From positions 32,001 to 96,000 of the IMG/VR virus record IMGVR_UViG_3300028602_000002: a DNA stretch of 64,000 nt. One strand, written 5' to 3'. This stretch comes from a virus (lineage: Duplodnaviria > Caudoviricetes). A program made the translations under genes and the position numbers. Below, piece by piece: positions 9,675 through 19,768 of this stretch (its first letter is position 1; each line of letters begins with the position of its first letter). A model generated the notes under the pieces. That model searched no databases and was not told where the DNA came from. It saw only the letters and a list, made by a program, of their open reading frames with translations.

Positions 9675-10777
9675 TTATTACAAACTATCTTACATGGGAT
9701 ATAGAATATAAAGAATGGGTCTTAATTGCTGTGGACGGAGTAGAAGAAGAGGATTTTACAGAACATGGTATGACACAAGATGAATTAGATGATGCTTTAT
9801 TACCCGCCAATATAATGACTAAAACAGCAGAGCACTCTCGTAGTTTCTATGAAGGTGAAGAGTATGAGTTATTAATAGATTTACTTGAAATGCTAACTAT
9901 TAATGAAATTACTTTTGTACCTTTAGGAGCTGGAGATTTATTCTTTTTCATTAAAAGCGAAGATGGCATTTTATATTTCTATATTCATGAATATGATGTT
10001 TGGGAGCCACTATTAGATGAATTTGAAAATCCAATAACAGAAGAAGAACTGACAGATGAATTATATAGAGATTATGGAATGACAGTATTAGATGGCTTAG
10101 ACAGAGACGTTTTATTAGAACTAGGAAATTCTTTAAAGTTTCTATTTTGGACAGATATAGAAGATCCTGAAATTAGATTGACGTTTCATGATGTTCCAGA
10201 ATACAATCCTTTAGATTTATTAGATGCTGATGTAGTTGATCTTATGATGTGGACAGATGATATAGAAGAAGGAAATGAATGGGAATTACAAAAGAAAGCG
10301 ATACCTAAAGGGCAACTTAATAGAACTAAAAATTTACCAATTCAAGCGGCTGATAGAATTACTAATATGACTGTTAATGCTACTACTTCTGGAAATGGGA
10401 TAGTGAATTTAATTATTAGTACAGACCAAGGACAAAGTTGGAAGGCTTTTGATGGCTCTCAATGGTTGCAAGTTATTGATGAACCTGAAGAAGTAAAAGC
10501 TAATGGGATGCCACCTGGACTGGTTAATAGTATCTCTAAAGCTCAATGGGGAGCTTTAACTAATAATCAACCTCCTGGCTTAATTCGTCTTGGAGTTTAC
10601 TTAGAACAAGATGAATATGAAGATGAAGCTCAATTAGAAGCTGTGGATGTTGAATTTACTTTTGGTAATAGGTATGAGGATGCGAAGCAGGTTAATAAGT
10701 ATCATTGGGAGAATACAAAACTTATAGTAAGGATTTATGAGAATGGTACTTTTAGGATTAATTATCCTGATGATTAG
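9671..10777 (+). CDS. Acidic virion-associated protein, probable fibre partner
   Basis: GTGA overlap with the collagen gene; three W..(x)n..GM repeats; STDQGQSWKAFDGSQW motif. Confidence 0.5.
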   Translation: MIITNYLTWDIEYKEWVLIAVDGVEEEDFTEHGMTQDELDDALLPANIMTKTAEHSRSFYEGEEYELLIDLLEMLTINEITFVPLGAGDLFFFIKSEDGILYFYIHEYDVWEPLLDEFENPITEEELTDELYRDYGMTVLDGLDRDVLLELGNSLKFLFWTDIEDPEIRLTFHDVPEYNPLDLLDADVVDLMMWTDDIEEGNEWELQKKAIPKGQLNRTKNLPIQAADRITNMTVNATTSGNGIVNLIISTDQGQSWKAFDGSQWLQVIDEPEEVKANGMPPGLVNSISKAQWGALTNNQPPGLIRLGVYLEQDEYEDEAQLEAVDVEFTFGNRYEDAKQVNKYHWENTKLIVRIYENGTFRINYPDD

Positions 10778-10805
10778 GTTAATGGAGTAATTTGGAGGTA
10801 ATATT

Positions 10806-11801
10806 ATGCAGAATAAGAAAGGAAATAAGCCGAAGAAATTGGCACAAGAGTTACAAGAGTTTATTAGTCGACTAGAAAAAGAAATAAATGTTAATAAGGT
10901 TTTCAAAAGAGAGTGTAAAGTTTGTCACCAAATGTTAGAAGAAACTAAGTTTTTTAAGGGAAGAAATCCTTTCTTTATGGATGGTAGAATTAATGTTTGT
11001 CGTAATTGTATTAGTCAGTTAGTGGATCCTCATAACCCTTTAGAAGTTCAATACGTTTTATCACTTATGTTTTTACCTTATGTGGAAGAAGTATGGGAGT
11101 CAGTTTTAGCTAAAGAAGAAAATCTTTTGGGTACTTATGTTTCTAAAATGAATTTACTACAGTATAAAAACTTAGAACCTGCAGTAGTTCATAGGCTGAA
11201 ATCTCAGTTGGATAAGTTCCAACAAGACCCTTATCAATCAAGGATAGATTTAATGACTGAAGATGAATTGGCTTACTTAAGGGCTGAATGGGGAGGCAAC
11301 TGGACAGATAAAGAGTGTCTTAAAATGCAAGACTATTACAATGAAATGAAAAGAGATTTTAATATTTCTAATAAAGCTCATGATGATTATTTAAAAAAGA
11401 TAATTAAAACTTCTTTAACAGCAGATAAAAAACTTGAAGAGGGAGAAATGGGAGAGTATGCTAAGGTAAGTAAAATTTATAATGATTTAATGAAAGCCGC
11501 AGAATTCTCTGAAGCCTCTAAAAAAGATAAGCGAAATGATGATGGTATTAACGCTGTTGGTTTGATATATGCTTTAGCAGAGAAGAAAAAATTTATTCCT
11601 AAATATCATTATGAGGACAATCCAGATATTATAGATAAAACAGAGAAAAATCTAAAATCTTGGATGCATAAATTAATTGCTAATGAAGCTGATTTAAATA
11701 TCTTATTAGAGAACGCCGCTAAGAGAGTTGTTGAGCAAGAGAAGAAAGAAGAACAGATGAGTGAATATGCTGATATTGAACAACTTGAAGATGGACTATA
11801 A
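10806..11801 (+). CDS. Zinc-finger protein, putative terminase small subunit
   Basis: CKVC...CRNC; lies immediately upstream of the large terminase. Confidence 0.55.
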   Translation: MQNKKGNKPKKLAQELQEFISRLEKEINVNKVFKRECKVCHQMLEETKFFKGRNPFFMDGRINVCRNCISQLVDPHNPLEVQYVLSLMFLPYVEEVWESVLAKEENLLGTYVSKMNLLQYKNLEPAVVHRLKSQLDKFQQDPYQSRIDLMTEDELAYLRAEWGGNWTDKECLKMQDYYNEMKRDFNISNKAHDDYLKKIIKTSLTADKKLEEGEMGEYAKVSKIYNDLMKAAEFSEASKKDKRNDDGINAVGLIYALAEKKKFIPKYHYEDNPDIIDKTEKNLKSWMHKLIANEADLNILLENAAKRVVEQEKKEEQMSEYADIEQLEDGL

Positions 11802-11813
11802 GGGGGTTTTGAG

Positions 11814-13508
11814 ATGGGTACATATTTTGAAACTATTAAGAAACCCCAAGTAATTACTGAAGATATGTTAGAAAAACATATGGACACTCTGGTTGAATAT
11901 CTTTCGTTTTTTAGAGCTTACCCAGATATCTTTATAGACATGATTTCAGAAGAAGATTGTCCATTCTCTTTATTTTTCTATCAGCGTCTTTTTTTAAGAA
12001 TAGTATTTAGATATAAATATGTTTATGTTACGTTTACAAGAGCATTTTCCAAATCTTTTTTATCAATATTAGCTTTATACTTGAAATGTATGTTCTATCC
12101 AGGTATTAAATTATTCATTTGTGCGGGTGGAAAAGAACAAGCGGCAGATATTGCTAAAGAAAAGGTAGATGAAATTTGGGAATGGTGGCCTTGTTTAGAG
12201 AATGAAATAGCAAAAATACACAGAGAAAAAGATTATATTAAACTACTATTTAAAAATGGTAGTCGTTTAGATATTTTACCTGTAAAGGATTCTGCTAGAG
12301 GTAAAAGAAGACATGGAGGCCTTATAGATGAGGTTATCCTTGTTGACGGAGAAGTCTTAAATAAAGTAATTATTCCCACTATGAACGTTGATAGGTTGGC
12401 AAAATGTGGTGGAATTGACCCAGAGGAAAATCATAAATCTCAAATTTATGTAACAACTGCTGGGCATAAGAACTCTTTTGCTTATGATAAAATGATTCAA
12501 ACTATCATTTGGATGATAGTAAAAGGAAATGCTTTTGTTTTTGGTGGAGATTGGAGAGTTCCTGTAATGCATGGATTATTAAGTCCAGATTTCATAGAAG
12601 AACTAAAAGAGGATGGAACATATAACGATATGTCATTCTCTAGTGAATATGAAAGTATCTGGGAAGGAGTAGTTAGAGATGCTTTCTTTAATCCTGAAAT
12701 GTTTGATAGATACAGAACTTTACAATTAGCTGAAACAGAAGCAAAATTAAGTGAAGGAACAGAATCATTTTATATTATGGGAGTAGACGTTGCGAGATTA
12801 AAAGCTCAAACCGCTATTCAGATTCTTAAAGTAACCAAAAGACCAGGCGGATATTATAAGTCTTTGGTTAATACATTTGTACATGAAAATCGACATTTTC
12901 TTCCTCAAGCTATTGATATTAAAAAGAAAGCGTTAGACTTTAATGTTAAAGCTATAGCGATAGATATTAGTGGTTTGGGAGCTGGTTTATTAGATTTTCT
13001 ATTAATTGAAAATCAGGATGATTTAATGGAGATAGTTTACCCTCCAATGTCTGTTGTTAACTATAATGATTATGATAGTTATAAGCGACCACATTCTCTT
13101 CCATTAATTTATGGAATCAAACCTAATGATGAATTAAATAGTCAAATGTATGTGAACTGTTTAAGTCAATTTAATAGTGGAAAGATAAAGTTATTAATTG
13201 ATGAAAAAACAGCTAAAACAAAATTATTGAATACTAAAGCGGGAAGAGATATGAGTGGAGAACAGAAAGCTAGATATTTAGTTCCTTACACTTACACTTC
13301 TATATTAAAACAAGAAATGATGAATTTAAAACAAAAAGTAGAAGAAAGCAGAAGTAGTAAATTATTAAAATTAGAAGAGGTTCAAAAGAAAGGTAAGGAT
13401 AAATTTAGTGCTTTTATTTACGCTTTATGGTACACTAAGTTAATGGAAGATAATATGATTAGACAAAGACGAAAAATGAAAGCTACAGACTTTGTATTCT
13501 TTAATTAA
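11814..13508 (+). CDS. Terminase large subunit
   Basis: TRAFSKSF Walker A variant, ARGKRRHGGLIDE Walker B, YVTTA coupling motif, MGVDVAR nuclease motif, KDKFSA. Confidence 0.9.
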   Translation: MGTYFETIKKPQVITEDMLEKHMDTLVEYLSFFRAYPDIFIDMISEEDCPFSLFFYQRLFLRIVFRYKYVYVTFTRAFSKSFLSILALYLKCMFYPGIKLFICAGGKEQAADIAKEKVDEIWEWWPCLENEIAKIHREKDYIKLLFKNGSRLDILPVKDSARGKRRHGGLIDEVILVDGEVLNKVIIPTMNVDRLAKCGGIDPEENHKSQIYVTTAGHKNSFAYDKMIQTIIWMIVKGNAFVFGGDWRVPVMHGLLSPDFIEELKEDGTYNDMSFSSEYESIWEGVVRDAFFNPEMFDRYRTLQLAETEAKLSEGTESFYIMGVDVARLKAQTAIQILKVTKRPGGYYKSLVNTFVHENRHFLPQAIDIKKKALDFNVKAIAIDISGLGAGLLDFLLIENQDDLMEIVYPPMSVVNYNDYDSYKRPHSLPLIYGIKPNDELNSQMYVNCLSQFNSGKIKLLIDEKTAKTKLLNTKAGRDMSGEQKARYLVPYTYTSILKQEMMNLKQKVEESRSSKLLKLEEVQKKGKDKFSAFIYALWYTKLMEDNMIRQRRKMKATDFVFFN

Positions 13509-13541
13509 AAGGAGAAAATAGCAAGAAAGGAGGGGGAGAAG

Positions 13542-15023
13542 ATTAGAAGATTACATCCTGATCGACAGTTACAGTTGAATAAAATGAGACAGAATGAGAC
13601 ACTTAACTTTGGAAAGTTTAGAGATGACTTACTTCCATTAGCTAAGGACTTAACAGCAGAATTTAGATATACTGCTGATGACGTGTTGAGAATTATTCAA
13701 TCTGATGACTATGCAAGAATTAGGGAAGTATCAAATTATTTCTATACAGTTAGTGGAATCTATAAAAGAATTGTTTGGTTATTTTCTTCTATGTTTAATT
13801 TTGATAATTTAATTATTCCACATATGTATGGGAAAAGTGTTCCTGAGAATAAACTTATTAAAGATTTTCAACAAGCTATGTCATTTATTGATTCCTTAAA
13901 TTTGAAACAATTATTAAAAGATGTTACATTTTTTGTGTTTAAGGAAGGCGCTTATTATGGCTACTTAAGAGATGATCATAAGGAGCCGACAATTCAGCAG
14001 CTTCCAATAAATTATTGTCGTAGCAAATATAAGACCGGTGGTAGAAATGTAGTTGAATTTAATCTTACATATTTTGATAGAGAATATTTAACTACTGAAG
14101 ATAGGCAACAAGCATTAAAAATGTTTCCTAAAGAACTTAGAGCTTTCTATAAGAAGTATAAGTTAGGAACCTTGAACGTTGGTAAGATGGAGAGAGAATG
14201 GGTTCTCTTAGATGTTGATAGAGCAATTTGTTTAAAGTTTCCTGATGCTAAACCATTCTTCATAGGTGCCATTATAGATTTAATTGAATTAAGAGAGTAT
14301 AAAAGAATAGAGATGGAAAGAGATAAATTAGCTTTATTCTTACTTTTAATTCAAAAAATCCCAATGACCAAAGAAGGAGAAATGGTTTTTGATGTTACAG
14401 AGGCTAAAGAGCTTCATAAGAATGCCCTTAAAATGTTAGAAAAGAATGAGAATGTTGATGTTCTTACTACTTTTGCTGACATGGAACTATTAAATCTACA
14501 AGAATCAAGACAAGTTATGCGGGATAATTTACAGAAAGCTGAAAGAGGAGTATTTAATGAAACTGGTGTAAGTAGAATGTTATTTGCAACAGAAGGTAAT
14601 ATTTCTTTAGAGAAAGCTATAAGAAGTAATGAAGCTATTGTTAGATACTTGACAGAATTATATTCTGTTTGGTTGACACATATCACTAATTTAATTGTTA
14701 AACCTGGTTCTAAATATTCTTTTGAAGTTTGGTTGCCTCCAATAACTATCTTTAATGAGAAAGAGATGGCAGATAAATATATCAAACAAGCTACTTTGGG
14801 TTATTCAAAACTTCTCCCTGGAATAGTAGGTGGATTAAAACAAAGTTCTTTATTAAATCTGTTAACTTTTGAGAATCAGATGTTATCATTAAATGATGTC
14901 ATGATTCCTTTAAAGTCTACTCACACTCAAAGTGATGATAGTGATGAAGATGGAGGGAGACCACCTAAAGATCCAGAAGAAAAAACAGAGGAAACTATTG
15001 ACAAAGAAGAAGGACAAGAGTAA
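13542..15023 (+). CDS. Portal protein (start at ATT 13542, TTG 13575 or ATG 13584)
   Basis: Position after terminase, size, C-terminal PLKSTHTQS..GGRP tail. The strong RBS fits ATT 13542. Confidence 0.8.
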   Translation: MRRLHPDRQLQLNKMRQNETLNFGKFRDDLLPLAKDLTAEFRYTADDVLRIIQSDDYARIREVSNYFYTVSGIYKRIVWLFSSMFNFDNLIIPHMYGKSVPENKLIKDFQQAMSFIDSLNLKQLLKDVTFFVFKEGAYYGYLRDDHKEPTIQQLPINYCRSKYKTGGRNVVEFNLTYFDREYLTTEDRQQALKMFPKELRAFYKKYKLGTLNVGKMEREWVLLDVDRAICLKFPDAKPFFIGAIIDLIELREYKRIEMERDKLALFLLLIQKIPMTKEGEMVFDVTEAKELHKNALKMLEKNENVDVLTTFADMELLNLQESRQVMRDNLQKAERGVFNETGVSRMLFATEGNISLEKAIRSNEAIVRYLTELYSVWLTHITNLIVKPGSKYSFEVWLPPITIFNEKEMADKYIKQATLGYSKLLPGIVGGLKQSSLLNLLTFENQMLSLNDVMIPLKSTHTQSDDSDEDGGRPPKDPEEKTEETIDKEEGQE

Positions 15024-15035
15024 GGAGGTGAATCA

Positions 15036-16481
15036 ATGGGTAAGTTAGTAGTGCCATCTCCTGATATAAGGCAGATAACAAGATTTAATATTTCTATTGA
15101 TCAGGTAGAAGAAATTAATCCCTTGTTTTCTAAATGTTTTATTAAAGTTTTATATACAGGACTGAACCGCAATAAAGTTTTAATAGAAAAAGAAGTAGCA
15201 GAAGAGATGGCTAAGACATTATATAATATACCTATTGTAGGAGAGTATGTAGAAAAAATTGAAGATTTCAAAGATCATGGTGGAAAGATTGAGATTGAAG
15301 ATGATGAGATTGAATTTATCCATACTACAAAGCCATATGGTGTGATACCTTTTAACACGGATATTAAGTGGATGCAGATTACAGAAAAAGATGGAACAGT
15401 TAATGATTATTTAACTTGTTGGGGCTATCTATGGACTGGTCGTTATCCCGAAGTTAAAAGAGTTATTGAAGAAGGTAACCCTCAATCAATGGAATTAGAT
15501 GAAGAGACTTTGGAAGGTCAGTGGATTAAAGAAGGTCCTACAGTATATTTCAAGATTACGAAAGCAGTTTTTTCTGCTCTGGCAATCCTTGGAGAAAAGG
15601 TTCCTCCTGCTTTTGAATCTGCTTCTATTAGTGCTTATATGTTGAATGAAACTGAGTTTAATAAAAAGTTTTCTAGAATGATGAAAGAATTAAAAGAGTC
15701 GATTCCTGAACATGATGGGAAAAAAGTAGTTAATTTTTCTCAAAAGGATGATTCTTTAGAATCTAATGAAGGAGGTAAGATAATGGGTGATGAATTAAAA
15801 AATAGTAAAGTTATCCTTGCTTTTGAACTTAGCCATGATGATATAAGGAGTAAACTTTATGAAAAAATTCAACCTAAAGATGATGAAGGATATATGGAGT
15901 GGAGATATTCAATTCATGATGTGTATGACAATAGAGCTATTGTTTATGACCACCAAGAGAATAAACATTATAGACAGTACTACACAAAAGGTGAAAATGA
16001 TATCGCTTTAGGTGAGAAGGTTGAAGTGGTGATTAAAGATTTGACTATCCAAGAAGAACAGCAGTTGAACCAAGTTAAGGAAGATTTAAATACTGCTCAA
16101 GCTAATTATACTAAACTAGAAGAGGAAACTAATGAATTAAAAGAAAATAAAGAACTTTATGAATCTACTAAGGAAGAATTAGAAGGCTTAAGGAACTTTA
16201 AGCAGAGTATTGAGAAAGAAGAGAAGGAAAAAGTTATCACAAAGTTTGCTTCTATTTTGGCAGATGAAGATTTGGCAGAATGTAAAGAAAAAATTAATGA
16301 ATTTAGTAAAGATGATATAGAAGCTAAGTTATCAGTTATTGCTGTTCGTAAAAATGTCTCTTTCTCAAAAGCAACCGATGATGGAGGAGAAGAACCTGAT
16401 TTAGTTCCTGAACCAAATAATAACGATGATACTCCAGGTTGGATAAAAATCGTTAAAGAACACAAAAAAGATGATGCTTAA
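15036..16481 (+). CDS. Prohead protease / scaffold protein
   Basis: N-terminal LNRN..., GYLWTGRY, QSMEL, ALAILG..VPPAFE protease-like domain; C-terminal coiled coil. Confidence 0.75.
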   Translation: MGKLVVPSPDIRQITRFNISIDQVEEINPLFSKCFIKVLYTGLNRNKVLIEKEVAEEMAKTLYNIPIVGEYVEKIEDFKDHGGKIEIEDDEIEFIHTTKPYGVIPFNTDIKWMQITEKDGTVNDYLTCWGYLWTGRYPEVKRVIEEGNPQSMELDEETLEGQWIKEGPTVYFKITKAVFSALAILGEKVPPAFESASISAYMLNETEFNKKFSRMMKELKESIPEHDGKKVVNFSQKDDSLESNEGGKIMGDELKNSKVILAFELSHDDIRSKLYEKIQPKDDEGYMEWRYSIHDVYDNRAIVYDHQENKHYRQYYTKGENDIALGEKVEVVIKDLTIQEEQQLNQVKEDLNTAQANYTKLEEETNELKENKELYESTKEELEGLRNFKQSIEKEEKEKVITKFASILADEDLAECKEKINEFSKDDIEAKLSVIAVRKNVSFSKATDDGGEEPDLVPEPNNNDDTPGWIKIVKEHKKDDA

Positions 16482-16528
16482 ATCAGTGATTGAGCACCAG
16501 GCGAAAAAAATATAAGGAGGAATTTTGA

Positions 16529-17086
16529 ATGGGTTTATTAAAACAACTTAATGGAAATAAGTATTCTGTTGTTGAAGCTAATTTCTTAGCTGCTAGAAGA
16601 ACAGGGCATGTAAAGGCGCAATTACCATTAAATCCAGATGTATTCAGTCAAAATGTTAAGGCAGAAAATGGTATGTTATTAAAGTATGATACTGTGAATG
16701 GTTATGTAACTAAACCAGCTGACAAAAATACTATGGTAATGCTTCATTTCTCTGTTGAGAAAGAATATGATAGTCTTAGACCTGGATTAAATACTTTTGC
16801 TTTAGCACCGGGAGAATTTTATCCAAGATTATTTGGTCTATCTTTAGGTGACACATGGACAACTGATGCTGTGGAATTTAGTGGAGCTACTTCAGATGCT
16901 GAAATTTTAGCTGCTTATGAAGCTGTTTCTAAAGGGGACATTTTCTGTGTTAACGACGATGGCTTCTTACAGGAACAAGCAGCTGGAAATGCTATTGCCT
17001 GCGTAGTAGTAGATAACGAAGCAACACTACCAAATGGTGGAAAAGCTTTAAAATTTGAAGTTGTTCAAGTTGGTCCTATTGCTTAG
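16529..17086 (+). CDS. Head decoration / capsid-associated protein
   Basis: Lies between scaffold and major capsid genes; AQLP...ENGM motif. Confidence 0.65.
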   Translation: MGLLKQLNGNKYSVVEANFLAARRTGHVKAQLPLNPDVFSQNVKAENGMLLKYDTVNGYVTKPADKNTMVMLHFSVEKEYDSLRPGLNTFALAPGEFYPRLFGLSLGDTWTTDAVEFSGATSDAEILAAYEAVSKGDIFCVNDDGFLQEQAAGNAIACVVVDNEATLPNGGKALKFEVVQVGPIA

Positions 17087-17142
17087 TAAATAAGTAATAT
17101 ATTAGAATAAAAAGGAAATAAAAATAATAAGGAGGATTTTAA

Positions 17143-18210
17143 ATGGGTAGAGAATTAAAAGACCTTAAAGTGTTAGCAAAGCAAGTTGCTAGAAAACAAC
17201 CACCTGCTAATTATACACAACAAGATGTAGAAAAAGCTTTTCGCGCTGAGTTAAGAGAACTAGCTAAGGATTATAATGCCTATAGACGTAATAAATTAAC
17301 TATCTTTGAATTGATCCAAGATGTCGTAGATGAGGTTTTACCAAATAGAGTGATTGATGCTATCGGTAGATTTGGAGAAGTTAGACAATTTGCTCAAGGT
17401 CAAAAGCCTATCTTTAGAGCACAGTTAGGGAAGCATAGATATAAGAAGTTTATTACACAGGTTGGTTTAAGTGGTGTGTATGAAGTAGGTAGACTAGATA
17501 GTGAATATATCGAAGTACCAGTTCGTGCATACGGTGGAGCAGCTTTAATTGAATTAGAAAGATACTTAGATGGAATTGAAAACATTGATGAATTAATGGA
17601 TATTATTGTTCAAGGTTTAGAAGATTCCGTTTATAAAGAAGTTATGGATGCTCTATTAGCAAATGTGGCGAATATGCCTACTCCAAACGTAGTTAGTACA
17701 CCTACTTTTGACGCTGAAGAGATGGTTAAGTTAATCAATATCTGCCGTGCTTACGGTGGTAATGCCAATATCTTCTGCCCACCTGAATTTGCTGCTACAG
17801 TCACTCCATCAGCTGGTTTCCATCCTGATATTCTACAAAGATATGCAGGAAGTACTGTAGAACAAGATGAAATGAGAACTCAAGGACATATTGGAGTTTT
17901 CAGAGGTGGTAGAGTAATTGTATTACCTCAGAGTTTTGAAGATGTTAATAACATGGAAAAGGTAATCAACCCTGGTTTAGCTTATGTTATTCCAAGTGGT
18001 GGTAATGCAGATGAAAAAATTGCTAAAGTTGCTATGGAAGGAAATGCTATTGTTGATGATTATAAAAATGCTGATCGTAGTATGGAAATCCAAGTTTACA
18101 AAAAGTTTGGTGTGGCAATTTTAACAAGTAATTACTACTGCATGTATCAGAACTTAGAAGCTTATACTGAAGATGATGGTTGGTCTGATGAACCTATCGT
18201 AGGTTCGTAA
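17143..18210 (+). CDS. Major capsid protein
   Basis: 355 aa, synteny, strong AAGGAGG RBS, followed by a hairpin. Confidence 0.8.
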   Translation: MGRELKDLKVLAKQVARKQPPANYTQQDVEKAFRAELRELAKDYNAYRRNKLTIFELIQDVVDEVLPNRVIDAIGRFGEVRQFAQGQKPIFRAQLGKHRYKKFITQVGLSGVYEVGRLDSEYIEVPVRAYGGAALIELERYLDGIENIDELMDIIVQGLEDSVYKEVMDALLANVANMPTPNVVSTPTFDAEEMVKLINICRAYGGNANIFCPPEFAATVTPSAGFHPDILQRYAGSTVEQDEMRTQGHIGVFRGGRVIVLPQSFEDVNNMEKVINPGLAYVIPSGGNADEKIAKVAMEGNAIVDDYKNADRSMEIQVYKKFGVAILTSNYYCMYQNLEAYTEDDGWSDEPIVGS

Positions 18211-18235
18211 GATAGGACTAATGAAAAGAATTTAT

Positions 18236-18266
18236 TAAGGGAGGGTATTTAAAATACTCTCCCTTA
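18236..18266 (+). terminator. Stem-loop after the capsid gene (terminator or mRNA stabiliser)
   Basis: TAAGGGAGGGTATTT-A-AAATACTCTCCCTTA; weak U-tract. Confidence 0.6.
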
Positions 18267-18304
18267 CAATAAAAGAATCTTAAAGAAAATAAGGAGGTTT
18301 TTCC

Positions 18305-18787
18305 ATGAAAAAGGAGAATAAAGTTTCTGTAGAAAGCGTTGCTAGAGGTGTAGTAGCATATCGAGTTGAAGGAACTAATATTAAGAGACGTTGGCATAAG
18401 CCTGGTATTGTTAAAAAGATTAGTATTGATGAATTAGAAAATCTTTTAGCTGGTCCAGGTGGTGAATTATTGCTAACGAGATTTTTATTGGTTCGTGATA
18501 TTCCAGCTCGTGAGTATTTAGGACTACCCGTTCATGAGGAAGCAATGATGAATGATGAAAAAATGCGTAAAGTATTGAATGGAACAGCCGCTGAACTGAA
18601 AGAAGTTGTTCCTAAGATGTATATTGAGAATGTAAAACGACTGGCTGAATTAGCAATTGAAATGGAAATTGATAATATGTCTAAAATCAATTATCTAAAA
18701 GAAAAATCTGGTATTGATGTTTATAAAGGCATCCAAGAGAAGAAGGAAAAAGAGCAGGGGAAAGATGGTCCTGTTAAAACAGGGTAA
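18305..18787 (+). CDS. Hypothetical head-module protein
   Basis: Synteny after the capsid gene; AAGGAGG RBS. Confidence 0.6.
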   Translation: MKKENKVSVESVARGVVAYRVEGTNIKRRWHKPGIVKKISIDELENLLAGPGGELLLTRFLLVRDIPAREYLGLPVHEEAMMNDEKMRKVLNGTAAELKEVVPKMYIENVKRLAELAIEMEIDNMSKINYLKEKSGIDVYKGIQEKKEKEQGKDGPVKTG

Positions 18788-18802
18788 GGGAGGGACAACA
18801 AT

Positions 18803-19249
18803 ATGAGTACTCCCTATCAAATAGTTTATGATGCTTTCTTTTCTAAGATTAGGGATAGTTTTTTCTTAGAAATTATAGAAGAAGAAAAAGATATAGAATT
18901 ATTGTCTCTCTTAAATCAGGCAATTCCAGAATTTAAATACCCTAAAGTGGATTTAGAAGATAGGAATGAAACATCTCAACAATTTAATGAGACATTAACT
19001 AATGCTGAAGTCCAAATTATTTCTGAAGCTATGAAATTAAAATGGATTGAGCAGAAAATCAACGATGAAGAGTTGATTAAAATGCAATTCAGTGATCATG
19101 ACTATTCTCTAATGTCTCAAGCAGCTCATCTATTTCGTCTTATAACCAATCAAAGGGAAATAGAATTAAAGTTAAAGAAGATGCAAGACAGGTATTCTTT
19201 AGTCAAGGATAGAAAGCCTGATTTTAGCGGACTAGCAGGAGGAGGTTAA
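18803..19249 (+). CDS. Putative head-tail adaptor
   Basis: TPY..VYDAF start, helical, synteny. Confidence 0.6.
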   Translation: MSTPYQIVYDAFFSKIRDSFFLEIIEEEKDIELLSLLNQAIPEFKYPKVDLEDRNETSQQFNETLTNAEVQIISEAMKLKWIEQKINDEELIKMQFSDHDYSLMSQAAHLFRLITNQREIELKLKKMQDRYSLVKDRKPDFSGLAGGG

Positions 19250-19255
19250 AGGATA

Positions 19256-19768
19256 ATGAAATACCAGATTTTGGTAGAGCAGCAATTTTTAGACAACTGG
19301 TTAAAAAAGTTTGATGAATGGAAAAATCATAGCACCAGTTCTAAGTCTGATGTAGAATTTTTATCTACATTAATAGAAAACTTACTTTTAACAATGGATA
19401 AAAATAAGGTTATAGTAGGGAAGTATAACAATATAGATTTTGAAGTTTATAATGGATATATTAATTATCTTAAAAACCAAATCTATAAACTTCTTCCTTT
19501 ATTAGAAGAGAGAGGGGAATGGAGAAAGCACTTAGATACAATCATTAATGAAATTACGGGGGCTAATGAAATCTTTCTTCACACAATTAACTTTGTTAGT
19601 TTGTTAAGTAAGTTGGAAACTTTGAAAAAATGTCCTGACTTTCCATCGTCAATGACAGAGAAAGAGATAAAAAAACAGCCAGAGTTTGTATTGTTTAGAA
19701 AAACAATTTTTGAAAGCATGAATATTGCTGAGAATTTAACTCTGGCAGGTGATGTGAATGGTGAATAA
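19256..19768 (+). CDS. Hypothetical neck-module protein
   Basis: ORF with RBS in the connector region. Confidence 0.55.
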   Translation: MKYQILVEQQFLDNWLKKFDEWKNHSTSSKSDVEFLSTLIENLLLTMDKNKVIVGKYNNIDFEVYNGYINYLKNQIYKLLPLLEERGEWRKHLDTIINEITGANEIFLHTINFVSLLSKLETLKKCPDFPSSMTEKEIKKQPEFVLFRKTIFESMNIAENLTLAGDVNGE

